Part shown: in pieces, positions 12,791 to 24,850 of the stretch | Numbering within the stretch: position 1 is the first letter of the stretch | How the letters are laid out: every line of letters begins with the position of its first letter | Origin: Macrostomum lignano | Lineage: Eukaryota | Assembly (NCBI GenBank): GCA_002269645.1 | Contig: NIVC01002906.1 | Coordinates: forward strand, 66,560-130,559 | Length of the DNA stretch: 64,000 nucleotides | Direction: 5' to 3' | Made by a program: the position numbers and the translations under genes | Notes under the pieces: generated by a model | Database searches by the model: none | What the model was told of the DNA's origin: nothing | What the model saw: only the letters and a program-made list of their open reading frames with translations

Positions 12791-13214
12791 ATCTAGACCC
12801 CCTGGAATCCCATCAAGACCCCCTGGAATCCTATATAGACCCCTGGAATCCCATATAGACCCCTGGAATCCTATATAGACCCCTGGAATCCCATATAGAC
12901 CCCTGGAATCCCATCAAGACCCCTGGAATCCCATCTAGACCCTGGAATCCCATCTAGACCCCTGGAATCCCATCTAGACCCCTGGAATCCCATCTAGACC
13001 CCTGGAATCCCATCTAGACGCCTAGAATCCCATCTAGACCCCTAGAATCCCATATAGACCCCTAGAATCCCATCTAGACCCCTAGAATCCCATATAGACC
13101 CCTGGAATCCCATCTAGACCCCTAGAATCCCATCTAGACCCCTGGAATCCCATTTAGACCCCTGGAATCCCTAGACCCCTGGAATCCCATCTAGACCCCT
13201 GGAATCCCATCTGG
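12791..13214. repeat. 20-21-bp minisatellite (ATCTAGACCCCTGGAATCCC), about 21 copies, about 300 bp upstream of the Bsx ATG
   Basis: Direct reading. Confidence 0.9.
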
Positions 13215-13511
13215 ATCACTGCTCGCACACGCAGTCCCCATATCTCAGAGCGCACAATGTCGAACAATCAAAAACTGATTCGAGCAGTTCCCCAGGCCGC
13301 TCTGCCCCGCGCCAATCAAGCCCGCAGTCTCTTCCCTGATTGGGTAGCAGAGGATGAGAAGGGACTGGGGGGGGGGGAGGATTCTTGAGCTGTTCGAGTC
13401 GGCTCGAGTCCGCGATATTAAAACTAAAGCGGCAATTTTCTCTTGCCAGCTAAAAGCAACACCAATTTCTGCTTTTATTTCTGTCAAGAAATCCACAGGA
13501 GCAGAAGCAGC

Positions 13512-16500
13512 ATGACCGCGCAGAAGCAGCAGATCCTCGGCAGCGCGTTCAAGATCGACAACCTGCTGAAGGACACGGCGTCGCCTGTCAAGTCCTCCAC
13601 GTCGTCGGCGATTTCGGCGGAGCTGTCGGGGATGCTCGCGACTGGACTGCAGCACCAGCCGCCGCCGCCGCCGCCGCTGCCGTCGACTCCCAGAATGCCG
13701 TTTGACTTTGCCGCCGGCTTCCCCTACCCGCCGCTTCTGCCGCCCCTGAGCGGCGCCTACAAGTGCGACTCGGCCGCCTTCTTCCTGCCCGGCGGCGGTA
13801 AGCTGGGATAAAATTGGGATAAATCTCCCATCATTGACACACACTGAGGTAGATTGGGATAAATCTCCCATCAGTGACACACACTGAGGTATATTGGGAT
13901 AAATATCCCATCATTGTTACACTGAGGTAGATTGGGATAAATATCCCATCATTGATACACACTGAGGTAGATTGGGATAAATCTTCCATGATTGGCACAC
14001 ATTGAGGTAGATTGGGATAAATCTCCCATCAGTGACATACACTGAGGTAGATTGGGATAAATCTCCCATCAGTGACATACTGGGGTAGATTGGGATAAAT
14101 CTCCCATCATGGACACACTGAGGTAGATTGGGATAAATCTTCCATCATTGTCACACTGAGGTAGATTGGGATAAATCTCCCATCAGTGACACACACTAAG
14201 GTAGATTGGGATAAATATCCCATCATTGTCACACTGAGGTAGATTGGGATAAATTTCCCATCATTGACACACATTGAGGTAGATTGGGATAAATCTCCCA
14301 TCAGTGACATACACTGAGGTAGATTGGGATAAATCTCCCATCAGTGACATACACTGAGGTAGATTGGGATGAATCTCCCATCATTGGCACACTGAGGTAG
14401 ATTGGGATAAATCTTCTATCATTGACACACTAAGGTAGATTGGGATAAATCTCCCATCAGTGACATACTGGGGTAGATTGGGATAAATTTCCCATCAGTG
14501 ACATACTGGGGTAGATTGGAATAAATCTCACATCATTGTCACACTGAAGTAGATTTGAATAAATCTCCCGTCATTGTCACACTGAGGTAGATTGGGATAA
14601 ATCTCCCATCAGTGACATACTGAGGTAGATTGGGATAAATCTCCCATCATGGACACACTGAGGTAGATTGGGATAAATCTTCCATCATTGTCACACTGAG
14701 GTAGATTGGGATAAATCTCCCATCATTGACACACACTGAGATAGATTGGGATAAATATCCCATCATTGATACACACTAAGGTAGATTGGGATAAATCTCC
14801 CATCAGTGACATACTGGGGTAGATTGGGATAAATCTCCCATCAGTGACATACTGGGGTAGATTGGAATAAATCTCACATCATTGTCACACTGAAGTAGAT
14901 TGGGATAAATCTCCCGTCATTGTCACACTGAGGTAGATTGGGATAAATCTCCCATCATGGACACACTGAGGTAGATTGGGATAAATCTTCCATCATTGAC
15001 ACACACTGAGATAGATTGGGATAAATATCCCATCATTGTCTCACTGAGGTAGATTGGGATAAATTTCCCATCATTGACACACACTGAGATAGATTGGGAT
15101 AAATATCCCATCATTGATACATACTGAGGTAGATTGGGATAAATCTTCCATGATTGGCACACATTGAGGTAGATTGGGATATATCTCCCATCAGTGACAT
15201 ACTGAGGTAGATTGGGATAAATCTTCCATCATTGTCACACTGAGGTAGATTGGGATAAATCTTCCATCATTGACACACACTGAGATAGATTGGGATAAAT
15301 CTCCCATCATTGGCACACTGAGGTAGATTGGGATAAATATCCTATCATTGACACACTAAGGTAGATTGGGATAAATCTTCCATGATTGGCACACATTGAG
15401 GTAGATTGGGATAAATCTCCCACCATTAACACACTGAGATAGATTGGGATATATCTCCCATCATTGACACACTAAAGTAGATTGGGATAAATCTCTCACA
15501 AATTAAATTGAGCTAGATAGGTACTGGGTGTTAAAATGATAGTACAATCCCGCAATCCCAGCCTTGCTGTTAATCTCTTTTTGCCCCACCTAACAAGCAG
15601 AATTGGCCCGCAATCGGAGGTAACCGCCGCTCTCTCCCCTGCTGGGAAGATTGAAAGCCCCTCCCCATTGAAAACGGGAGAAAGAATTCCGTTTCCCCAG
15701 CACTCGAGGAGAGCACAGCTCGCAATCGGCAGATTCCTGTAACAAAATTGGCTCCCCGCCATCAACTTGTTATCGCTTTAGCCAGTCAGTTGGGGGGGGG
15801 GCATTGGGATAAACGGATTTACAAAATCTACTTAACAACTGACGCCTTATCAAATCAAACGAGCGGGCCTCCCAAACCGACACCTCTCGGCCGACAATGG
15901 GGCTGAGCAGGGATGCGATTTACTCACGTGAAATTGAGTCAGAGCCACGTGGCCACTTCTCGGTAGTCCTGGCCAGTTATTATTGTCAGCCGCTGCTCGC
16001 TAAACAGAGTAATCTTGCTTTCTGCCCCTGGGTTCGGGAAGATAGACTGAGTCTGGGGCAGTCGCGAGGCGTGGCGTTTATCCCTGATTGAGGCTGGGAC
16101 AAATCTCTCCTAGTCGCCTCGTCATCTCCTCCTATTTAGCTTTTTTGCCGTTGATCCCCTTTTCGACCAGAGCCGAAAGCAGAGCAAAGTAAAGCCAGAA
16201 GGAAGCAGAGCTCAGATTGCCCAATTAGTCCGGGGATAATAATCCCCAGGCTCTGGGAAGCCACCGACTCGGCTAAGGAGTAATTGGCTACCAATTTCTC
16301 GGAAATGTTGCATCTTCGTCTTGCAGAAATTTGTGCCGCCCGTTATGACCTGCACCCGCGCTCTGCCTCCCGTCTGCTTTCTTCTTCTTCTGTCTCTCTG
16401 ATCCGAGACTTCGTTAACTTTGAAGATTGGCAAAGGGGGCGCTGCGGCAATTGCAGAGAAAGAGCAGAAAGTGGAAAATTAGTTGAAGAAAAGCCAGTTA

Positions 16501-17668
16501 TACTTTTGTTCCAGATTGTAATTTCTCAAAATTAGGAATCATGACTGAAATCTGGCATGCCGGAAGCAGGATCGGAGCAATGAGTGTACTGATTAAAGAG
16601 CAAATATCTGATTGAGTTACTTCAGTTGAAGGCAGGCAGGCATTGGAGGCCAAGACTTCCACACCAACCATCTTACTCGTACAGTCTAGCTGACACCTTC
16701 ACTGCAGCCACAGCAGTTCATAGCTGACCCCACAGTGCCACATGATCAGCAACACAACCCACCCCCTGACCCCACAGTGCCACATGATCAGCAACACAAC
16801 CCCACCTCCTGACCCCGCAGTGCCACATGATCAGCAACACAACCCACCCCGACCCCACAGTGCCACATGATCAGCAACACAACCCCACCTCCTGACCCCG
16901 CAGTGCCACATGATCAGCAACACAACCCCACCTCCTGACCCCGCAGTGCCACATGATCAGCAACACAACCCACCCCGACCCCACAGTGCCACATGATCAG
17001 CAACACAACCCCACCTCCTGACCCCGCAGTGCCACATGATCAGCAACACAACCCCACCTCCTGACCCCGCAGTGCCACATGATCAGCAACACAACCCCAC
17101 CTCCTGACCCCGCAGTGCCACATGATCAGCAACACAACCCCACCTCCTGACCCCGCAGTGCCACATGATCAGCAACACAACCCCACCTCCTGACCCCGCA
17201 GTGCCACATAATCAGCAACACAACCCCACCTCCTAACCCCACAGTTTACCCGTCCATCTCTCTATACGGCGGCGACCAGTCCGGCAAGGCCTGCCGCAGG
17301 CGCAAGGCCCGCACGGTGTTCAGCGACGCCCAGTTGTCCGGACTCGAGCAGCGCTTTGAAACGCAGCGCTATCTCAGCACGCCGAGCGCATCGAGCTGGC
17401 CAACCAGCTCAGCCTGACGGAAGTCCAGGTGAAGACCTGGTTCCAGAATCGTCGGATGAAGCATAAGAAGCTGGTGCGCAAGCAGACTGGCCAGCAGCAA
17501 ATTCAAAGCGGCAACAACGCTGGCGGCGTCCTTGGTAACGGAATCGGCGGACTCCATGAACACCGCGGCTTAGACGATGGCCGAGCCTCGCTCAGCAGCT
17601 TCGGTGACGAGGATGCCGACGTAGACCGGGACGAAGATCTCAGCCCAGCCTCGATCGAGGAGCCCTGA
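13512..17668 (+). CDS. Bsx: Brain-specific homeobox (Bsx/Bsh); exons 13512-13797 and 17245-17668; one apparent 1-bp deletion at about 17384 within the homeobox
   Basis: Exon 1 has an eh1-like FKIDNLL motif and a GTAAGC donor (phase 1). Exon 2 encodes [30 protein letters not shown][ER][27 protein letters not shown], the diagnostic Bsx homeodomain. CCGAGCGC must read CCGGAGCGC to keep the frame. Confidence 0.93.
13810..15495. repeat. 36-40-bp minisatellite (GATTGGGATAAATCTCCCATCATTGACACACACTGAGGTA), roughly 43 copies, at the 5' end of the Bsx intron
   Basis: Direct reading. The array begins within about 10 nt of the donor. Confidence 0.95.
16724..17244 (+). repeat. About 43-bp minisatellite, about 12 copies, forming the 3' end of the Bsx intron
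   Basis: Unit CTGACCCC(A/G)CAGTGCCACATGATCAGCAACACAACCCCACCTC. The final partial copy CTAACCCCACAG is the acceptor. Confidence 0.95.
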
Positions 17669-18631
17669 CTCCTGGGGAAACCCGGCTCAGTTTCTGTTTT
17701 CCCCATCCCTTCCCATGCTAGATTTGGCTTTAACCAAGCATTGCAGACTTACATGTAGCACTGCTATTACCAGTATTTCTCGTATGCTGAAAATATGAGG
17801 CATGCAATTTTTTGAATCCAGCAGCAGAGAGAACTCATTAATTTATTGTGCAATCTTTAGCTTGTTTAACAGATTTGACTTCTGCTACTTGAAGTAGAAG
17901 TATTGTGTTCTCTAATCTTATATTCGGTCTAGTGTTACAGATTAATGATGACATCTAAAAAAAGATCGTTGAATTCAGTTCTGAAGATTTAATAACGAAA
18001 ACTATTGCAATGATCCTTATCTTTGCATGCTACTGTTTCCCAAACATTTACCCTTAAATTTTCGTTTCATAAGTTATTCTGTCAGATTGCTGTTTTTTAA
18101 TAATTAAGTTTTATCGTGTCCCTGCATTGAGCTATTGAGTTAAAGTTTTGATATAAGTAACTAAATTTTATGATGTATACAGCACCCTAATTATATGACG
18201 ATGAAAGAAAATGAATAATGAACCACCTTTATTTAAAAGTTAAAAACGCCAAGTCGTACATGTACATGTACATATTTAAATCTTCTTTCTCAGCTTGATA
18301 GTACCGGTATTGTCAGTAAGGCCGGCGCCATGTATGTACGTATACATGCTTGCCCAGCTAACTACATGTACCGGTAGTTCTGCGAGCGCGTAGCGCGCAA
18401 GGGTCTCTCCTCTGCGTCCTAATAATATGGGGTTACATGTACATTTAGGCTCTTACAAACCATGCAGATCGATTTGCAAATTGCTTCCCAATTTAATTGA
18501 AATACCTGCAAAAGTCTCCCTTAGCAAGCAGCACCAAAATACGAAGCATTAAAAAATACCAATAAAATTGGCTGATAAGTTTTCAAAGAAAATCTTTGTC
18601 AGGTTAGTTTCCAACAGCTCGATGAGGAATG

Positions 18632-19895
18632 GGTAGACTTTAAAACCCTCCAGAGCCAAACCCTCCAGAGCCAAAAATACTCCACAGCCAAAAAATCTAT
18701 CTTGGCTGTACGTTTTAACCCCCCAAGACCAAAAATTATTGGGCTTTGCTAAGCGCGTCCATTTTTATATATCTGTTTCTAAATAGTATATTCAATTGCT
18801 GCAGAAATTGAAGGCCAGCCGTTTGTTATTCTGAACCAAAACACTCCGGACCCAATTAATTTGCTGTGATAATAGTTATATTCCCCCAATACCAAAATTT
18901 GACACCCATTTTTCTGTTTATTTTTTTGTATAAACTGTTCTGCTGGTTTGATGTAGCAACCAAGGTCGTTGTTATGTATTGGCAACACAAACAAACGAAC
19001 ATTTTAAAATTTTCTATTTTAAATTGCGCGTGCAGCACGTGCACGGTCTGTGCTAACTGTGTTAGCAGTCCTAGAACTCCTGTCAGTAGTTCAAGAGTAT
19101 GGGGTACTGTCGTGTATACATCTAGGCATTTTCCTTATTAGCTAATTCAGTTAATTATTAAGCACATATAGTTATTTTAAAAATAATATTCTTAACGCTA
19201 AAATTTAAGAGTGCCGCATGTGCATTCACTGGACAATCTAATTTGATTAATCTTAATTCAAATCTAATTCAATCTAATTTAATATAATTTTGGACTATAG
19301 CCTAAGACTATCTGGTTTCAACTAAGAATTACCCCTAAAATCGCCCTAAAAGTTTGATCCCTAAATGGTCTTATGAATTGCGCCCCAAAGCTGCCCGAAA
19401 AATATTACTATAGTCAAATAGTGCCTTTTAACTTTTAACTTTTAACCATACCATGCTGACATATTTAAGGTTTTATATATTGTAGAATTGCATATCACGT
19501 TTGGTTATACTGTTAGTTATTAAAATACATGCTCATGGCATGCTTATATATGAGGCTTGAGCTGCATCACATATGCACCTCTTCCAACAGTACTTATCAG
19601 TACTTATCACTATTTAGTATTTAATAGTTAATTTCTCATCTAGAAATGTTTCAAAAAAGGTTCAATTTTTGCTTGGCTGCAAGGAAACAAAACTTAATTC
19701 TAATAAATATAAATAAAATATTTCTGATTTTACTGCACCAAAATCTTCAAAAGCACAAATTTTCTTCTTAATTATACTGAGCTACTGCTGTACAATAGTT
19801 AAAAATTTCATAAAGTGTTGTATTAGCAACTATAATGGTTTCATAAAGAAGAATAACTGATTAACCTCAACACCTCATAAATTAGCACCCCATAA
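18632..19895 (+). repeat. Left TIR, unique outer domain (about 1.27 kb), inverted copy of about 28160-29426
   Basis: Near-identical reverse complement by eye. The only difference noticed was C5 versus G6 at about 18884/29170. There are three subterminal CTCCA(G/C)AGCCAAA repeats. Confidence 0.95.
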
Positions 19896-20870
19896 ATCAG
19901 CACCCCTTCAAGAGGTGCCAACATCTCTTCAATCAGCACCCCTTCAAGAGGTGCCAGCATCTCTTCAATCAGCACCCCTTCAAGAGGTGCCAGCATCTCT
20001 TCAATCAGCACCCCTTCAAGAGGTGCCAGCATCTCTTCATTCGGTACCCCTTCAAGAGGTGCCAGCATCTCTTCAATCAGCACCCCTTCAAGAGGTGCCA
20101 GCATCTCTTCAATCAGCAACCCCTTCAAGAGGTGCCAACATCTCTTCAATCAGCAACCCCTTCAAGAGGTGCCAGCATCTCTTCAATCAGCACCCCTTCA
20201 AGAGGTGCCAGCATCTCTTCAATCAGCAACCCCTTCAAGAGGTGCCAGCATCTCTTCAATCAGCACCCCTTCAAGAGGTGCCAGCATCTCTTCATTCGGT
20301 ACCCCTTCAAGAGGTGCCAGCATCTCTTCAATCAGCACCCCTTCAAGAGGTGCCAGCATCTCTTCAATCAGCAACCCCTTCAAGAGGTGCCAGCATCTCT
20401 TCAATCAGCACCCCTTCAAGAGGTGCCAGCATCTCTTCAATCAGCACCCCTTCAAGAGGTGCCAGCATCTCTTCAATCAGCACCCCTTCAAGAGGTGCCA
20501 GCATCTCTTCAATCAGCACCCCTTCAAGAGGTGCCAGCATCTCTTCAATCAGCACCCCTTCAAGAGGTGCCAGCATCTCTTCAATCAGCAACCCCTTCAA
20601 GAGGTGCCAGCATCTCTTCATTCGGTACCCCTTCAAGAGGTGCCAGCATCTCTTCAATCAGCACCCCTTCAAGAGGTGCCAGCATCTCTTCAATCAACAA
20701 CCCCTTCAAGAGGTGCCAGCATCTCTTCATTCGGTACCCCTTCAAGAGGTGCCAGCATCTCTTCAATCAGCACCCCTTCAAGAGGTGCCAGCATCTCTTC
20801 AATCAACAACCCCTTCAAGAGGTGCCAGCATCTCTTCATTCGGTACCCCTTCAAGAGGTGCCAGTATCTC
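19890..20870 (+). repeat. Left TIR inner domain: 36(37)-bp minisatellite, about 27 copies
   Basis: Unit ATCAGCACCCCTTCAAGAGGTGCCAGCATCTCTTCA with variants TTCGGTACC and CAGCAACC. Confidence 0.95.
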
Positions 20871-21032
20871 GATCTTCAATAAACAACCTTCGGGGGGTGC
20901 GAGCACCTCTTTAATCGGTAGGTTGTTGTCACCCGTTTCAGATTTAACATTTATTGTACACACTTTTTCTTTTCGTAATTTCAGTCGACAGATTGGCAAT
21001 TTATTCTTGGGAGGCTGCAGTCGGTCTTTCTC

Positions 21033-24000
21033 GTGGGCCTACATGACGCAGCTCTCACTGCCGCAGAGGTGCTAAGAGCAATTGGAGAGCTTCGGCTTCC
21101 ATCACAGCGTCCCGACCCACAACGCCTCAGATTACTGTACGGTGAGCAGACAAGCTCTACATCCTTGCTAGATCGGTACGGACCTCACGGCATGACCATC
21201 CAAACGACGGGAATTGGAAACTGCTTCTTTGAGTCTGTGGCGCTTGTACTGACTGGCAGTCGTGAATTTGCTCTAGAGCTGCGTGTGCGCACGGTTATTG
21301 AATTGCTCCTAAATTATCGCCAATACGAAGTCTTTTTAGAGAAAGAAAATGATCTGATTCGAGAGCCTAGTATGACCGCAGTAGTCACGAATGTCATGAC
21401 TCTAAATTCAGCAGTCGACTGCACTGCAGTTTGTGCCGCTGCAGAAGTGGTACATGCGGCAATCGCATTTACGTTTCCGCAACTACCGGGAATTGCAGCT
21501 ACTCTTGCTGGCGTCCTCAAGCGAACATTTTCTCCACGTTCTGCTATCACTTCACAAGGGGAAATATCCTTGCTCTGGACGAGGGCTGTCGAATGGCCCT
21601 ACTCAAATGGAAACGGGTGGATTCCCAACCATATCTGCCCATTTTTTGGAGGCCAAAGTTTAACAGCAACTGAAGCGGAACCGCAAGTGCTGAGTTCAGA
21701 ATCACCTATGGAAGATTGTGATGTAGACATGGGGTCTTCAAGTGCTGCAATGCATGAAGCAGTGGTCGGTAAAAGTCTGCCGGCTGCATCTTGCTTTCTT
21801 GGAGTACCGGCAGTAATTTCCGCTGCTTTGAGCTACAATGCTATCAGGACACCCCCAACGCAGCCAAAAGAGGATGGAATATTTTCTGTGAGCCTAAGTG
21901 CGAGTGAAGCGGCAGAAGATGGATGGCGATGGTTGGAGAAAAAAAGCATTCACAACCGCATTTACGCTAGTGATGGCCGACTGCTACAGCAGTCTGGTGA
22001 CAATTTCTTTTGGAAGAGGAGATCCGGCCGCCAGTACTCGGAAGAAATATTGGCCCGCGGCGAGGCCGTTTATGAAATTAGGCAGTTCACCCGTAAGCAC
22101 GCTTCACAGCCACGATTTGTACAACGAGCATCGGAAGTCCGCATGCTGCTGCCAGAGGATCGTTTGGTGTCAAGTATCATTGAATACAGCTGGAATGGCG
22201 AGCCGGCACCGTTGTGGAATCCACCTCATGGCAATGCAAAGAAGAACTTTGATTCTCAGCAAAAAGCTGCAAAGAAAAGCTTAGACGAAGCCGCACGTCA
22301 GCTTGCAAGCGGTGTGCCTGTGGGGCAAGTCTTGAAGAACGTTCCAGATCTCCGTGGACGTCAACAATTGCATGGAATCAAAACGAGACTGAGACATAAA
22401 GATGAGTCTTTGCTGAGCCAAGAACCATGGACAGTCTTGATGAAGATGTGCTGGAGCAACGAAGGTGCGGCACGTTATGTTCGAGGATTTCACACAACAT
22501 CAGAAGGTAACACTTCAGTGTGGATTTGGAGTGACGCTCAAGTCTCTATTCTGAATAGCCAGGCCGGAAAAGGGAACCCTATTTGCATTGATACGACGTT
22601 TGGTGAGTGCGCGTTTGCTACGTTCATTACTTTCGCTGATCGTAGGCTTGTTCAGAAAGTTTCTGGAAAGAATGCTACCCTTTTCGGGCCTGGCTTCATT
22701 CATACAAAAGAGCGAGATGCTGAGTCTTTGGAGATGTTCCTTCGCAAACTGAAAGCTTTGGTTCCGAACCTTGATCCAATCTTTTTGTTCTGATCAGGAC
22801 TCTATGATCATGAAACGGGTCAAGGAAATTTGGCCAAACCGGATTCACCTTCTCGGTAGAGAGCACCTTTTAATGAATCTGGCGGACAAGTGTCGTAGTT
22901 TGGGGATGTCCAATGCTGCTCGACACAGCGTCAAGTCTGACTTGTTCGGTCCGGCGTCTTGTGCTGACAGACCTGCCATTCTAAGTGCCGAGAACGAAGA
23001 GATTTTTGATGACCGCTTGAAAGAATACTCCAAGCAGTGGAGTTTGCTCAGTCCTGCAATCACGAATTGGATCGTAGTAAGTACTTCTTTCATATCTACT
23101 ATAGTTTTGCTAGATTTTAATTGAGGAGGCAAGCAAAACTACTTGCATAGAACCAGTTGGAGCTCAGAGATAAAGTATCTCTACACTATCTGTTAGCGAT
23201 CGGCGCGCATGCAAATTCTATTCCCAATTTTCAGGATCGTGCCGATATCTACAAGGAGCATGCGTCCAATTGGGTACTGGAAGAAGCAGGAGTCGAATCT
23301 GCTTGGCAACAGGCCCAAGAACGAAAAAACCGATCGCTCAAAGAACAACGGTCACAGCACAAGAAACGCTCACCTGTGGATCTTGCAAGCGAAATGATCA
23401 AGCTGGCAGCAAGTGAGGAAGAAGAGGAGAAAGCCACTTTAACTGGCAGTAGCGCGAAAGTAAGAATTGCGCCGCAATTCTTACGCTTTGCTGTCGACTC
23501 GTCAGATTGGATTCTGTTCACTGACGAGGAGAGAACGAATCATATTGCTCGATTCAGAAATTCCACGTACGTTACAAGCACACGCTCTGCAGGCAGCATG
23601 GTTGAACTACCCCGTGCGTTGCCTCGTTGCCCTCCCAATAAAAGAAAAGGGAAGAAACGAAACAGTCGCTTAGGGCGAAATCGTACTCCAGCATTGAATG
23701 AGCGGCAACAAATTCAACTGACAGTGCCAAGTCCTGAAGATAGCAGTGACTCTGAGGTTCAAGTCCTGCAGCCTGCAGCTGTATCTGCTCAGCAGAATGC
23801 CTTTGTGCGAGTGCAGCCAGCCGGTGGTGTGCAGCCAGCCAGTGGTGTGCAGCCTGCTGCATCTGCTCAGCAGAATGCCTTTGTGCGAGTGCAGCCAGCC
23901 GGTGGTGTGCAGCCAGCCAGTGGTGTGCAGCCTGCTGCATCTGCTCAGCAGAATGCCTTTGTGCGAGTGCAGCCAGCCGGTGGTGTGCAGCCAGCCAGTG

Positions 24001-24850
24001 GTGTGCAGCCTGCTGCATCTGCTCAGCAGAATGCCTTTGTGCGAGTGCAGCCAGCCGGTGGTGTGCAGCCAGCCAGTTTTGTGCAGCCTGCTGCATCTGC
24101 TCAGCAGAATGCCTTTGTGCGAGTGCAGCCAGCCGGTGGTGTGCAGCCAGCCAGTGGTGTGCAGCCTGCTGCATCTGCTCAGCAGAATGCCTTTGTGCGA
24201 GTGCAGCCAGCCGGTGGTGTGCAGCCAGCCAGTGGTGTGCAGCCTGCTGCATCTGCTCAGCAGAATGCCTTTTTGCGAGTGCAGCCAGCCGGTGGTGTGC
24301 AGCCAGCCAGTGGTGTGCAGCCTGCTGCATCTGCTCAGCAGAATGCCTTTGTGCGAGTGCAGCCAGCCGGTGGTGTGCAGCCAGCCAGTGGTGTGCAGCC
24401 TGCTGCATCTGCTCAGCAGAATGCCTTTGTGCGAGTGCAGCCAGCCGGTGGTGTGCAGTCTACTTCTACTTTTGCTGGTAATGGAAATTCGCACTACTGG
24501 GAGAACAATGAAGAATTCTGTCTTGAGCTGGCCTCACCCCGCTCGGTTCAATGCGCCGCTTGTCTGCACCCCATTGTATTTTTAGCTCTAGTCGCGGGAG
24601 AGCGGCTAGTACTCCGACACACTGAACATTTTCTGTATCCCACTGGCCCTGCTAATGACAAGTGGTCCAGCACCACAGGCTTACAGCACGGAAGCTACAA
24701 TGTCGCTTTTACCACGCGCGCCGTGCCTGCATTTTCAGTCGCTTCCGTGAGGCATACTTTGCACAAATGCCCATTCGGCTTGCTAGTGGTGTTCGAGCTG
24801 AATTGGCGCGCCATCCAGTAGACTTTTTGCACAAGGATATCCCTAATTAA
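21033..24850 (+). CDS. MULE transposase polyprotein: vertnin-like OTU protease domain, putative CG-1/GCM-like DNA-binding region, DDE core, 26-aa repeats, C-terminal zinc-finger-like motif; frameshifts at about 22770 and 24660-24705; probable intron 23077-23234
   Basis: The protease-like motifs are GIGNCFFES..LELRVRTVIELLLN and WIPNHICP. The core motifs are DGWRW, PHGNAKK, ICIDTTF (D1 about 22590), FCSDQD (D2 about 22792), HLLGREHLLMN (CxxH position) and QERKNRSLK (candidate E about 23319). The splice GTAAGT 23077 to TTTTCAG 23234 joins WIV|DRADIYK in frame. CAAC..RHTEH..YH..RACI is at the C-terminus. The 5' end of the gene is unresolved. Confidence 0.82.
23783..24458 (+). repeat. 78-bp in-frame coding minisatellite (about 8.7 copies) encoding SAQQNAFVRVQPAGGVQPASGVQPAA
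   Basis: Direct reading, within ORF 23157-24821. Confidence 0.95.

Noticed and set aside
16724-17244. CRISPR-like appearance of this and other 30-45-bp arrays
   Set aside because: The units are head-to-tail with no unique spacers, the context is a eukaryotic intron, and no cas genes are present.
17369-17706. Antisense ORFs over Bsx exon 2, and 13245-13880 over exon 1
   Set aside because: These are GC-rich shadows of the true coding strand.
19841-21075. Long repeat ORFs (PLQEVPASLQSA etc.) here and at 26156-28215
   Set aside because: These are translations of the 36-bp TIR array. They change frame at 37-bp variants and are mirrored on the opposite arm.
23572-24585. Alternative-frame and antisense ORFs (HTTGWL, CSQPVV, AAHHWL)
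   Set aside because: These are shadows of the 78-bp coding repeat. Only the frame continuous with the transposase is supported.
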